DNA of 64,000 nucleotides. Source: Planctomycetota bacterium (GTDB taxonomy: Bacteria > Planctomycetota > JAJSAM01 > JAJVHW01). Below the pieces are notes generated by a model. The model worked only from the letters and a program-made list of their open reading frames with translations. It had not been told where the DNA came from and did not search any database. Where the stretch lies: positions 1,024,001 to 1,088,000 of the forward strand of contig CBDFJG010000003.1 in assembly GCA_965248445.1 (NCBI GenBank), written 5' to 3'. How positions within the stretch are numbered: the first letter of the stretch is position 1; each line of letters opens with the position of its first letter. Position numbers and translations under genes: made by a program. Below are positions 18,932 through 28,449 of the stretch, piece after piece.

Positions 18932-20600
18932 CCGCATCTGTTCACGAGACGTCGCGATGACGGTGCTTTCGGAGTCCACAGGGTCAGATCTTGGCCAGGC
19001 GAGGGCGGATGCTGTCGTCGTTGCCACAAGGGCAACGCGAGTGAGCGGCCGAAACGGCGCGGATTCTGCGGTGTGGGCAGACCGTAGGCCGGGCGGTGGT
19101 GTGGCGGACGGCGCGGCGGGACGTCAGGTCGGCTTCGGGGATGCCAGCAGTCGTTGCGCGCAGCGCTCGAAGACGTGCTGCCAGGGCCACGACGAGGACA
19201 TCGAGACCCAGATCCGGCGCGTCGTGATCCGCACGAGCGCGCCGATCTTGAGCAGCCGCAGGCGGATCGTGCCGGCTTGCGCACGCGCCATCTCGGTGCC
19301 GGCGAGACCGATGCGTCGCAGCGCACAGGTCAGGACGTAGGCCATGGCCGACATGGCCATCCGCACGGCGTTGCCCTGCATCGTGTGCACCGACAGACGG
19401 GTGCCGAAGAGCTCGAGCTGCTGCTCCTTGATGCGATTCTCCGCCTCGCCCCGGGCGCAGTAGAGCTGCTCGTAGAGACGCTTGCTGCTCCAGCTACGAG
19501 GCGGCAGATTGGTCACCACGAAGCGGGGATTGCGCTTGCCGCCCGGCAGGTGCTCGGCCTTGGCGACCACGCGACGCCTCTGGCTCCAGCTCCCCAGCGT
19601 GGTCCAGGCAAAGTCGCGAAAGACCCGGGCTGCTCGGCCGGTCTGCACGGCACGGGCTGCGGCCTCATCGAGCGCGTCTTCGACGTGTCGCTCAAGGCGC
19701 TCATTGCGCGCCATGCCCAGCAGGTAGAAGTGGCCGGCGGCCTCGCACCAGGCCATCAGCTCCTCGCGGCAAAAGCCCGAGTCTGCGCGCACGAGCACCT
19801 TGGCCCGGGGCCAGCGGCGCCGCAGACGTAAGACCAGCGCACGGAGCTCGTCCACGACTCCGCGCGCGGGATCTCTGTCAGCGGTCTGGAGCCGAGCGAG
19901 CAAGAGGTGCTCGCCGCAGAAGACGTACAGCGGCAGGTAGCAGTAGTGCCCGTAGTAGCCGTGGAAGAAGCGGCCCTCCTGCCGGCCGTGCAGCCGCACG
20001 TCGGAGTGGTCCAGGTCCAGCACGAGCAGGCCCGGATCCTCCGGCCCCATGGCCTCGCAGAAGACGTCGCTGAGCACGCTGTCCACGCGCTCCTGGTCCA
20101 TCTCGATCTTGGCGTAGCGCGTCTGTGCCGTGGCGCCGAGCTGCGTGGTCTCGAGCCGCGAGAGCGTCGGGTGCGTGGCCAGAGCACCCTCGCGCTTGCC
20201 GCACGCCGCGGCAAACAGCGGGTCCTTGCCGACATGGTCGTGGTCCACCAGATCCTCGTAGCCCGCGCACAGCCCGAAGACCCGCTGACGCAGCATCTGG
20301 CCGACCGTGTGCTCGACCCGACGCGGGTCCCGGTGGTCCCCGAAGCAGCGCGCAAACCGCGAGAGCAGATCGATGCGACGATCGGTCCGCTCGAGCAGCA
20401 GCACGCCCCCGTCGCTCGTCACGGTACCGGCGTCGAAGCGCGTCACCGCGGTGCGTCCACAGATGCCCGCGAAGAGGGTCCCCTGCGGGCTACAGTCTGT
20501 CGTCATCGGGCCGGCGCTCCTGTCGGTGCAAGTACTAGCGAGTACGAGCACTTAGACAGACGACGGCCCGCTCAGATTCCCGGCTGGTGAACGATTCGGG
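18932..20600 (-). mobile_element. IS1380-family element, copy 2 (1669 bp), tandem with copy 1
   Basis: Near-identical to copy 1; separated by one CTAG (18928-18931), CTAG again at 20601-20604. Confidence 0.92.
19124..20551 (-). CDS. IS1380-family DDE transposase
   Basis: Same as copy 1 except ERTD vs ERVD. Confidence 0.93.
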   Translation of the reverse strand: MLVLASTCTDRSAGPMTTDCSPQGTLFAGICGRTAVTRFDAGTVTSDGGVLLLERTDRRIDLLSRFARCFGDHRDPRRVEHTVGQMLRQRVFGLCAGYEDLVDHDHVGKDPLFAAACGKREGALATHPTLSRLETTQLGATAQTRYAKIEMDQERVDSVLSDVFCEAMGPEDPGLLVLDLDHSDVRLHGRQEGRFFHGYYGHYCYLPLYVFCGEHLLLARLQTADRDPARGVVDELRALVLRLRRRWPRAKVLVRADSGFCREELMAWCEAAGHFYLLGMARNERLERHVEDALDEAAARAVQTGRAARVFRDFAWTTLGSWSQRRRVVAKAEHLPGGKRNPRFVVTNLPPRSWSSKRLYEQLYCARGEAENRIKEQQLELFGTRLSVHTMQGNAVRMAMSAMAYVLTCALRRIGLAGTEMARAQAGTIRLRLLKIGALVRITTRRIWVSMSSSWPWQHVFERCAQRLLASPKPT

Positions 20601-20621
20601 CTAGAAGCGTTAGGCGTGTCA

Positions 20622-20687
20622 GCCCACGCACGGGTAGCCACCCTTTCGTAAAGCGGGGGTCGTCGGTTCGAATCCGACCGCGGGCTC
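20622..20687 (+). pseudogene. tRNA-Thr(CGU) remnant: intact 3' half, degenerate or absent 5' half
   Basis: TTCGTAA-AGCGG-GGGTC-GTCGG-TTCGAAT-CCGAC-CGCGGGC; no proper D arm. Confidence 0.7.
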
Positions 20688-20726
20688 GCGTGGCGCGTGG
20701 ATCGCGGGGCGATCCGCGCGCCACGC
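20688..20726 (+). terminator. Long hairpin downstream of the tRNA remnant
   Basis: GCGTGGCGCGTGGATCG...CGATCCGCGCGCCACGC. Confidence 0.55.
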
Positions 20727-20740
20727 TCCCCGCGGGCGTC

Positions 20741-20800
20741 TCCCTCCTCCGCGGTCTCCGACCGCTACGGAGGGCTGCGGTCACGCCGCTCGCTACGCGA
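20741..20800. repeat. REP-like dispersed palindromic repeat, copy A
   Basis: CCCTCCT..GCTACGGAGGGCTGCGGTCACG.CGCTCGCT shared with 28989-29060. Confidence 0.7.
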
Positions 20801-21048
20801 CCGTCGCGCCCGTGAGTGAGCGGCGCGCGGAGCGCCGCGAACGAACGCCTGCGACCCAAGTCCGCGTGCCAGCGGACGAGGGGGCAGAAGCCGTGAACAA
20901 CGGCTTCTGCAGCGGGACGCAGTTCGCAACTCGGGCGTCAGCTGAGTCGTGAGGCGCTGGCGCGCCTGCGAACCCGGATCGCGGATCGCGCGGCGAGTGC
21001 GAGGCAGATCGGCGGACGCGGCTGCGTCTGCGTTCGGCGGCGCGCCAG

Positions 21049-21483
21049 CTATGCCGTGGGCTGGGCGGTGGGCTGGGCGGCGACTTCGCTCTCGGGCGTC
21101 GGTGCGCCGGCGGGGGCGTTGTCGAGCGTCTTCTTCGCGGCGCGGAAGAAGTCCACGGCGGTCACGGGCATGTTGATCAGCGTCGAGATGCCGATCTCGG
21201 CGCGCTCCTTCGCGAAGAAGCGGGCCTGGTTCTTGCCGCGCGTGATCAGCCAGAGTTCCGCGTCCGGCTGCAGTGCGCGCACCTGGCGCAGGAACTCGAT
21301 GCCGTCGGAGCCGTCGCCGAGGGCCGTGTCGGCGATGACGAGACCGAACGCGCGCTCTTTCGCCATCTCGAGACCCCACCCGTCCGTGACGATCTCCACG
21401 TCGACTGCCTGGGTTTGGTCGAGTCCCGTCTTGATGACGTCTCGGGCGACACGATCACCGGTCACGAGCAGGCACTGCATCAT
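21049..21483 (-). CDS. Stand-alone atypical receiver-domain protein
   Basis: FGLVIADTAL..DGIEFLRQVR..LITR; canonical KP replaced by MP. Confidence 0.7.
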   Translation of the reverse strand: MMQCLLVTGDRVARDVIKTGLDQTQAVDVEIVTDGWGLEMAKERAFGLVIADTALGDGSDGIEFLRQVRALQPDAELWLITRGKNQARFFAKERAEIGISTLINMPVTAVDFFRAAKKTLDNAPAGAPTPESEVAAQPTAQPTA

Positions 21484-21618
21484 CACGCACCTCCAGGGGG
21501 CGTCGGAACCCCGCCATACCATCGGCGCTCCGCTCCGCCGAACCTGAGTCCGCCTCCAGGCTGGTCGGCGGACAGGCTGGTTCAGCGAGGCGGAAAGGCT
21601 GGCGGAGGCAGAACGCGC

Positions 21619-22638
21619 GTGCTGGTCATCGGGATCGACGAGGCCGGATACGGACCCCTGCTGGGGCCGCTGGTGGTAGCCGGATCCGCGTTCCGGTGCG
21701 ACCTCCTCCCCGGCCTGCCCAACCTCCGCGGCCTCCCCGATCTCCGCGGCCTGCCGGGCGGCTCAAAGGGAGAGGGAGCGCTTGCAGGCGCCCTCGATGC
21801 CGAACGGCGGGTTCGCGACGTGTTCCGGACACCCGGCGTGCCGGTCGTCGGCGACAGCAAGGTCCTGCACGCTCGCGGCGGCGTCGCGGCGCTCGAGCGC
21901 CCGCTGCTCGCCATGCTCCGATTGCTCGGTCACCCATGGACGACCGACCTCGACGACGTGCTCGGCGCTGTGGGCGTGGCCGCAGAGGACCGCCGTGCCC
22001 CCCGGTGGTACGCGGGCGAGCCGCCGGAGTTCCCCCTCGGAAGTGACGCAACAGAAGTGCGGGCAGCGGCGGACGGACTCGACGCGGCGCTCTCCGCGCA
22101 GTGCGTCACACCGGTGGCACTCGCCGCGCGCGTCGTGCCCGAGGACCGGTTGAACCGCCGGTTCGCGGACCGCGGCAACAAGGCCACGGTTCTGTTCGAT
22201 CTTGCGACCGACGTGCTGGCGTCACTGCTCGACCACGCGCGGCACGCCGAGCCGGTCGTCGCAGTGTTCGACCGGCATGGCGGCCGGAAACGCTATCTCG
22301 GACCACTGCAGGAGCGCTTCGCGGACGGTTTCGTGTGGCGGCTCGGCGAGGCGCGGGCGGTCTCGTCGTACCGGCTCCGCGTGGAGGGCCGTGACGTCCT
22401 GGCGCGTTTCGTCGTCCGCGGCGATGCCGAGGCGCCCCAGGTCGGACTGGCGTCGATGCTCGCGAAGTACCTCCGCGAGGTCTACATGACGCTGTGGAAC
22501 GGCTGGTTCGCAGGGCTGTGCCCGGAAGTGCGGCCAACTGCCGGCTACGTGACGGACGGCAGGCGCTGGCTCGCCGAGAGCCGTTCAGCCCGCCTCCTGG
22601 CCGGCATCCCCGACGACGTCCTCGCCCGCACTCGCTGA
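21619..22638 (+). CDS. RNase HII-like protein
   Basis: GIDEAGYGPLLGPLVV, GDSKVLH, DRHGGR, ASMLAKYLRE, PTAGYVTD. Confidence 0.8.
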   Translation: MLVIGIDEAGYGPLLGPLVVAGSAFRCDLLPGLPNLRGLPDLRGLPGGSKGEGALAGALDAERRVRDVFRTPGVPVVGDSKVLHARGGVAALERPLLAMLRLLGHPWTTDLDDVLGAVGVAAEDRRAPRWYAGEPPEFPLGSDATEVRAAADGLDAALSAQCVTPVALAARVVPEDRLNRRFADRGNKATVLFDLATDVLASLLDHARHAEPVVAVFDRHGGRKRYLGPLQERFADGFVWRLGEARAVSSYRLRVEGRDVLARFVVRGDAEAPQVGLASMLAKYLREVYMTLWNGWFAGLCPEVRPTAGYVTDGRRWLAESRSARLLAGIPDDVLARTR

Positions 22639-22774
22639 GCGCGGGCGGCCGGCTCCCGATCCTCGCGCGCGCCCGCGGGAGGCCTCGTAGACTCCCAGGC
22701 TCGATCGAACGGCCGGCGCGGGTTCCGTGCGGCCCGTGGATGAAGCAGTACGGCGGCGCCGTGGGGACGACAGA

Positions 22775-24469
22775 ATGCTCGACGACCTGACCATCGCACG
22801 ACGCGCGCGGCTGCGGCCGATCCAGGAGGTGGCCGAGCGCATCGGCCTGCGCGAGGCCGACCTCGAGCCCTACGGCCGCTACAAGGCCAAGGTCTCCCTG
22901 GATGTCCTCGACCGTCTGCCCGAGCGGCCGAACGGACGGTACATCGTGATCACCGCGGTCACCCCGACCCCGCTCGGCGAGGGCAAGACGGTCAACACGA
23001 TCGGAGCCGGTCTCGGTCTCAACCGGATCGGCAAGAGCGCGATCACGTGCATCCGGCAGCCGTCCATGGGGCCCGTGTTCGGGATCAAGGGCGGCGCGGC
23101 CGGCGGCGGGTACAGCCAGGTCGTCCCGATGGAGGACTTCAACCTGCACCTGACCGGTGACATGCACGCGGTCGGCGCCGCGCACAACCTGCTCGCCGCG
23201 TGGGTGGACACCTCTCTGATACACGGCAACATCTACGACATCGACCCGGACTCGATCCAGCTGCGCCGCGTCGTCGACGTCTCCGACCGAGCGCTCCGCC
23301 GCATCTCGGTGGGACTGGGGGAGAAGTCCGAGCTGTTCCCGCGGGAGTCGGGTTTCGACATCACGGCGGCATCCGAGGTGATGGCGTGTCTAGCGCTCGC
23401 CAAGGACTACCAGGACCTGCGGCGCCGGATGGGGCGGATCATCGTCGGTGCGAACAACGCCGGCGACCCGGTCACGGCCGACGACGTCGGCGCCACCGGA
23501 TCCATGGCCGTGATCATGAAGGACGCTGTCCTGCCGACGTTGATGCAGACGATCGAGGGTACGCCCTGCCTCGTGCACGCAGGTCCGTTCGCCAACATCG
23601 CGGTGGGGAACAGTTCGATCATCGCCGACCGCGTCGCGAGGCGGTGCGCGGACTACGTCGTGACGGAGGCCGGCTTCGGCGCGGACATGGGAGCGGAGAA
23701 GTTCTTCGACCTCAAGTGCCGCGCCTCGGGAATGCGGCCCCATGCGGCCGGGGTTGTCGTGACGCTGCGCGCTCTCAAAATGCACGGGTCGGACGTCAAG
23801 GTGCGGCTCGGCAAGGACCTGCCGAACGAGTTGACCGAGGAGAACCAGGAGGCTCTCGAGCGCGGCTTCGCGAACCTTGCGAAGCACATCGAGAACGTCC
23901 GCAAGTTCGGCGTCCAGCCCGTCGTCATCGTCAACCGCTTCCCGGGCGACACCGAGCGCGAGATGGAGTGGGTGCGCGAGGCCGCCGTCGCGCACGGCGC
24001 GTTCCGGGCGGAGATCAGCGAGGCGTTCATGCGCGGGGGCGCGGGCATGGAGAACGTCGCAGAGGCGCTCGTCGAGGCGTGCGAGGCCGCTGGTGAGTTC
24101 AAGCTCCTGTATCCCGACGAAGCGAGCATCGAACAGAAGATCGAGACACTCGCCACCGAGATCTACGGCGCCGAGGGCGTCGACTACGAACCCGCCGCGA
24201 GCGAAGCGATCGCGCGCTACACGAAGTGGGGACTCTCGAACCTGCCGATTTGCATGGCGAAGACGCAGCTCTCGATCAGTCACGACGCGGCGCTGCGGGG
24301 CCGGCCGTCCGGATACCGATTCCCGATTCGCGACGTGCGCGTGTCTGCGGGCGCCGGGTTCCTGTATCCGCTCGCCGGCACGATGCGCACCATGCCCGGG
24401 CTGCCGAAGAGGCCGGGTCTGCTGAGGATCGACGTGGACGCCGACGGCAACCCGCTAGGTCTGTTCTGA
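22775..24469 (+). CDS. fhs: Formate-tetrahydrofolate ligase
   Basis: TPLGEGKT, GIKGGAAGGGYSQV, HAGPFANIA, TEAGFGAD, CMAKTQ. Confidence 0.96.
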   Translation: MLDDLTIARRARLRPIQEVAERIGLREADLEPYGRYKAKVSLDVLDRLPERPNGRYIVITAVTPTPLGEGKTVNTIGAGLGLNRIGKSAITCIRQPSMGPVFGIKGGAAGGGYSQVVPMEDFNLHLTGDMHAVGAAHNLLAAWVDTSLIHGNIYDIDPDSIQLRRVVDVSDRALRRISVGLGEKSELFPRESGFDITAASEVMACLALAKDYQDLRRRMGRIIVGANNAGDPVTADDVGATGSMAVIMKDAVLPTLMQTIEGTPCLVHAGPFANIAVGNSSIIADRVARRCADYVVTEAGFGADMGAEKFFDLKCRASGMRPHAAGVVVTLRALKMHGSDVKVRLGKDLPNELTEENQEALERGFANLAKHIENVRKFGVQPVVIVNRFPGDTEREMEWVREAAVAHGAFRAEISEAFMRGGAGMENVAEALVEACEAAGEFKLLYPDEASIEQKIETLATEIYGAEGVDYEPAASEAIARYTKWGLSNLPICMAKTQLSISHDAALRGRPSGYRFPIRDVRVSAGAGFLYPLAGTMRTMPGLPKRPGLLRIDVDADGNPLGLF

Positions 24470-24582
24470 ATGGCCGGTGGGTCTCTTCTAGTGGCCGAGT
24501 CGGCGGCGACTGCCGACCCCGGACAGCCGATGTAACCTCGACGCGCTCCGCCCCGTCCTCACGAAAGGAACACCCGTACCAC

Positions 24583-26124
24583 GTGGTCCGACCGCTCTTG
24601 CTCATCGTGATCGACGGGTTCGGGCTGGCACCGCCGGGCGACGGCAATGCCATCTCGCTCGCGCGCACGCCGGTGCTCGACCGTCTGCATGCCGAATTCC
24701 CGTGGGCGCCCGTGCAGGCGTCGGGGCTCGACGTCGGACTGCCCGCCGGGATCATGGGCAACTCCGAGGTCGGGCACATGAACATCGGTGCCGGCCGGGT
24801 GGTCCCCCAGGACATCGTCCGGATTGACGAGGCGATCTCCTCGGGTTCGCTCCCTGACAACGAGACCCTTCGCGACGCGGCGAACGCCGCGCTGCGTCGC
24901 GGGGGGCGCCTGCATCTGATGGGCCTGTACTCGCCGGGCAAGGTGCACGCCTCGGACGCGCACGTGCGCGCCCTGATCGACGCCGCCGCGGCCCACCTGC
25001 CGCCGGATCGCGTGTTCGTGCACCTGTTCGCCGACGGGCGCGACACACCGCCCCGTTCGGCCGAGGCGTACTTCGAGGGCCTGATCGGTCACGCCCAGGG
25101 AAAGGCGATCTTGGCAACCGTTTCCGGCCGCTACTTCGCGATGGACCGCGACACGCGCTGGGAGCGCACGGAACTCGCGTATCGCGCAGTCGTAGCGGGT
25201 GACGGCGCAGCAGCCGGCGACGCTCTCGACGCCGTGCGGCGGGGGTACGACCGCGGAGAGACCGACGAGTTCCTGACGCCAACCGTGCTCGCTTCTGCGC
25301 GCGAGGTGGTGGGCGACGGCACACCGCTGATGGGAGTCGGCGACGCGACGTTCTTCTGGAACTTCCGGGCGGACCGGGCGCGCCAGATGTGCGCGGCGCT
25401 CGTGGATCCCGCTTTCGACGGATTTGCGCGCGGCGCGCCCGTGCGCGACCTGCACCTCGCGTCGATGACGGTCTACGACGAGCAGCAGACGTGGCCCGCT
25501 GCGTTCCCGCCGGTGACCTACGACGGCCTGCTGAGCGAGGAGTGGTCCGCGGCCGGTCTTCGGCAGCTGCGCATCGCTGAGACCGAGAAGTACGCCCACG
25601 TCACGTACTTCTTCAACGGTGGCAAGGAGGCCGTGCTCCCGGGCGAGGATCGCATCCTGATCCCGAGCCCACGGGTGGCCACGTACGACGAGAAGCCCGA
25701 GATGAGCGCGCCCGGGATCACGGCCGCGCTGCTGGCGGCGCACGCCGGGTTCGACCGGATCGTGCTGAACTTCGCCAATCCGGACATGGTCGGCCACACG
25801 GGTGACGTGGCGGCCACCGTGCGGGCCGTCGAGGTCGTGGACGACTGCATCGGACGCCTCGCGGAGGCGCTGTTCTCGCGGGGCGGTGTGGTTGCCGTCA
25901 CGGCAGACCATGGCAACGCGGAGATGATGTTCGACCCAGCGACCGGCCAGCCGCACACGGCCCACACCATCCATCCCGTTCCCTTTCTCGTCGCCGGCGC
26001 TGGAAACGGGTTCACTCTTGCGCTGGGAGGGCGTCTCGCGGACATCGCGCCGACGCTCTTGGAACTCGACCAGCTGGAACCACCGCCCGAGATGACCGGC
26101 AGGAGCCTCGTAACCCGCCCATGA
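24583..26124 (+). CDS. gpmI: 2,3-BPG-independent phosphoglycerate mutase
   Basis: MGNSEVGH, DGRDTPP, GRYFAMDRD, AETEKYAHVTYFFNGG, DMVGHTG, TADHGNAE. Confidence 0.96.
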   Translation: MVRPLLLIVIDGFGLAPPGDGNAISLARTPVLDRLHAEFPWAPVQASGLDVGLPAGIMGNSEVGHMNIGAGRVVPQDIVRIDEAISSGSLPDNETLRDAANAALRRGGRLHLMGLYSPGKVHASDAHVRALIDAAAAHLPPDRVFVHLFADGRDTPPRSAEAYFEGLIGHAQGKAILATVSGRYFAMDRDTRWERTELAYRAVVAGDGAAAGDALDAVRRGYDRGETDEFLTPTVLASAREVVGDGTPLMGVGDATFFWNFRADRARQMCAALVDPAFDGFARGAPVRDLHLASMTVYDEQQTWPAAFPPVTYDGLLSEEWSAAGLRQLRIAETEKYAHVTYFFNGGKEAVLPGEDRILIPSPRVATYDEKPEMSAPGITAALLAAHAGFDRIVLNFANPDMVGHTGDVAATVRAVEVVDDCIGRLAEALFSRGGVVAVTADHGNAEMMFDPATGQPHTAHTIHPVPFLVAGAGNGFTLALGGRLADIAPTLLELDQLEPPPEMTGRSLVTRP

Positions 26125-27467
26125 GCAACGAACTGTTCACCGTGGACGTGACCGCCGCAATGGACGCGGCCGTCGGCGCCGAGAATGGGGTGCGACAGGC
26201 GGAGTTCGACGCGCTGGTCGCCGACGGACGAAAGGTGCACGACGACCTGTTGCTGTCCCGGGCGCGGGGCCAAGTCGGGTTCGGTGACCTGTACATGCTC
26301 GGCCGCGAGGCGATGCGCGCGCGGGATGCGGCCGAGTCGCTAGCCAGCCGGTTCGACAACGTCGCGGTGCTCGCCCAGGGTGCGGAGGCTGATGTCGCGT
26401 CCGCGATGGTCGGCGCACTCGCCCATCCGTTCCACAACCTGTTGCCGAGGGCGGGCCGTGCCGGCCGGCCGCGCGTGTTCCTCGTGGACTCGATGGGTCC
26501 GGCACGGCTGGGCGCGTTCCTGGAGAGCTTCGCAGTCGAACAGACGCTGATGCTGCTCCTGTCGAAGTCCGGTTCCGACATCGGCGCAATGGTCCAGTAC
26601 GGGATCGTGCGCGACATGCTGAAGAAGCGCGTCGGACCCGGGTACCAAGACCACCTGGTGATCGTCACCGATGGACGCAGCGGCACGCTGCGCGAGGAGG
26701 CGCTGCGCGAGGGCTACCTGTCGTTCGAGGTTCCAGCGAACGTCCCCTCGCGCTTCTCGGCGCTCACTCCGGTGGGCCTGCTTCCGGCCGCACTGGCCGG
26801 AGGCGACGTGCGCGGCGTGTTGGGCGGGGCGCACGGCGCGGCGGAACTCACGGCGGGGGAGGACCTGCGCACGAACCCGGCGTATCGGTTCGCCGCCGCG
26901 CTGCACGTGCTCGCGCGCGAACGCGGCCGGCGCCACGTCTTCGTGACCGCCTGCCAGGGCACGCTGTCGAGCACGGCCGTTCAACTGGCGCGCTTGCTGG
27001 AACAGTGCATGGGCAGCGACGACGGCCCGACGTTCAGTCCGATCACGCTGACGCGCGACGGCGCTGCGCTCGCGGAGCGCAGCCTCACCGGCCGCCGCGA
27101 CACCGTGGTCGTGCTCCTCGAGGTGCAGAAGGAGTCGCGCGACCGCGTCTTGCCCGACGACGTGCCCGGACTGCCGGCGGTCGCAGGCGGCCACCTTTCC
27201 GACGTCTCCGGCGCGCTGGTGGAAGCCACTGCCGACCTACTGCGGGAGGCGGGCGTTCCCGTGCTCCGGCTGCGGCTGCCCACGCTCGCCGCGAACGCGG
27301 TGGGAGCGCTGCACATGACCGCGATGCTGGGGGCTGCGTTCGGTGCTGGCCTGGCGTCGCGGGAGCACTCTGACTCGACGGGCAGGGATCGCCTGCGGGC
27401 CGCACTGGTCGAGCGCCTCGGCGCCCCGCCCCCCGCACCGTCCGCCGCCTCTCAGCCCGGCGACTGA
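26121..27467 (+). CDS. Glucose-6-phosphate isomerase-like SIS protein with degenerate active site
   Basis: SKSG, RFSALTPVGLLPAA and NPA retained; GIGGS, ESxGK and QPGVE motifs altered. Confidence 0.7.
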   Translation: MSNELFTVDVTAAMDAAVGAENGVRQAEFDALVADGRKVHDDLLLSRARGQVGFGDLYMLGREAMRARDAAESLASRFDNVAVLAQGAEADVASAMVGALAHPFHNLLPRAGRAGRPRVFLVDSMGPARLGAFLESFAVEQTLMLLLSKSGSDIGAMVQYGIVRDMLKKRVGPGYQDHLVIVTDGRSGTLREEALREGYLSFEVPANVPSRFSALTPVGLLPAALAGGDVRGVLGGAHGAAELTAGEDLRTNPAYRFAAALHVLARERGRRHVFVTACQGTLSSTAVQLARLLEQCMGSDDGPTFSPITLTRDGAALAERSLTGRRDTVVVLLEVQKESRDRVLPDDVPGLPAVAGGHLSDVSGALVEATADLLREAGVPVLRLRLPTLAANAVGALHMTAMLGAAFGAGLASREHSDSTGRDRLRAALVERLGAPPPAPSAASQPGD

Positions 27468-27652
27468 TCAGGCGCGCGACTGGGATCGGCCCGATCGGCC
27501 CCGCCACTCATCCACCCGCTACTGATCCACTGGGCGCCGCGATTGAGCCTGAGCGCGGGTCTTCACGGCCCCCGTAAGGCGTCCCTCGCGGGAGATACGC
27601 TGAGCGGTCGCCCTTCCGTTCTCGGTGTCAGACGGCCCTCGGCGCTCAAAAC

Positions 27653-28096
27653 TCAGGCGTCCAGGTCGAGAGCCTCTCCGGCTCGCTGGATGTCTGCGGA
27701 GAGACGCAGGAAGTCGTCGAGTTGGAGACGATCCCCATCGGACATGCTCGTGAAGAAGATCGCTGTCTCGTGCTCGCCCGGCCCGTCTGGCGGCCCGTCT
27801 ACCGTCTCGGGATCGACGGACGCGTCCGTCGAGTGGGAGCCCGTCGGTCTGCACCGCACGACGACTCCCTGGCAGTTGACGTGGTGCTCCACACCCCCGC
27901 TCCCCGGCAGGACCAGCACGAGCCCCACCTGGGTCATGACCGGGAGTGCGTGGTCCGTCGTGCAGCGCACGCCCGACAGCGACACGTCCTCGACAACGGC
28001 CTTGCCGCCGGCACCGCTGGCGCCGGGAAGACGGAGTTCCACCGGCAGTCGTGCGCGGTGGCGGCGCGTCCGGCGGCGTTCGGTTGCGGGCTTCAT
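27653..28096 (-). CDS. PilZ-domain protein
   Basis: ERRRTRR (RxxxR) and DVSLSG (DxSxxG). Confidence 0.85.
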   Translation of the reverse strand: MKPATERRRTRRHRARLPVELRLPGASGAGGKAVVEDVSLSGVRCTTDHALPVMTQVGLVLVLPGSGGVEHHVNCQGVVVRCRPTGSHSTDASVDPETVDGPPDGPGEHETAIFFTSMSDGDRLQLDDFLRLSADIQRAGEALDLDA

Positions 28097-28306
28097 CGAC
28101 TCTTCCTCTCGCGCGCAGTTCGCAGTGCCATTTCGCCGCGATGGTCGCTTCGGGACGCTCCCGGCGAGCGCGATGGTAGCAGCGCGCACGGCAGCGTGTT
28201 CGGCAAGTTGCACGTGGCGGTCGATCTCAGGACGGGAACATCGCACGGGCGTCGTCCCCGTGAGAGAACATGGCGTGTTCATTCACGCACCAGACGACGC
28301 GTACAA

Positions 28307-28372
28307 CTGACAGTTCTCTGTGGCACCTGACAGCTTGCATTTGCGCCTGACAACTCAACGGGCTGACTGACA
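28307..28372. repeat. Four CTGACA hexamers at exact 20-bp spacing
   Basis: Starts at 28307, 28327, 28347, 28367. Confidence 0.85.
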
Positions 28373-28388
28373 CACACTCTGCATAGCC

Positions 28389-28420
28389 CTCTCTCTCCGG
28401 GAACCTCTCTCTCTGGGAAC
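28389..28420. repeat. 16-bp tandem direct repeat
   Basis: CTCTCTCTCCGGGAAC / CTCTCTCTCTGGGAAC. Confidence 0.85.
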
Positions 28421-28449
28421 AATGGGCTCTCTTGAAACGAGGAGACGAC

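Noticed and set aside
17259..20600. Tandem IS1380 as an assembly artefact
   Set aside because: Copies differ at two bases and the junction has a clean single CTAG; not fully excluded without reads
28307..28372. Possible mini-CRISPR array
   Set aside because: Repeats are 6 bp with 14-bp spacers, and no cas genes are present
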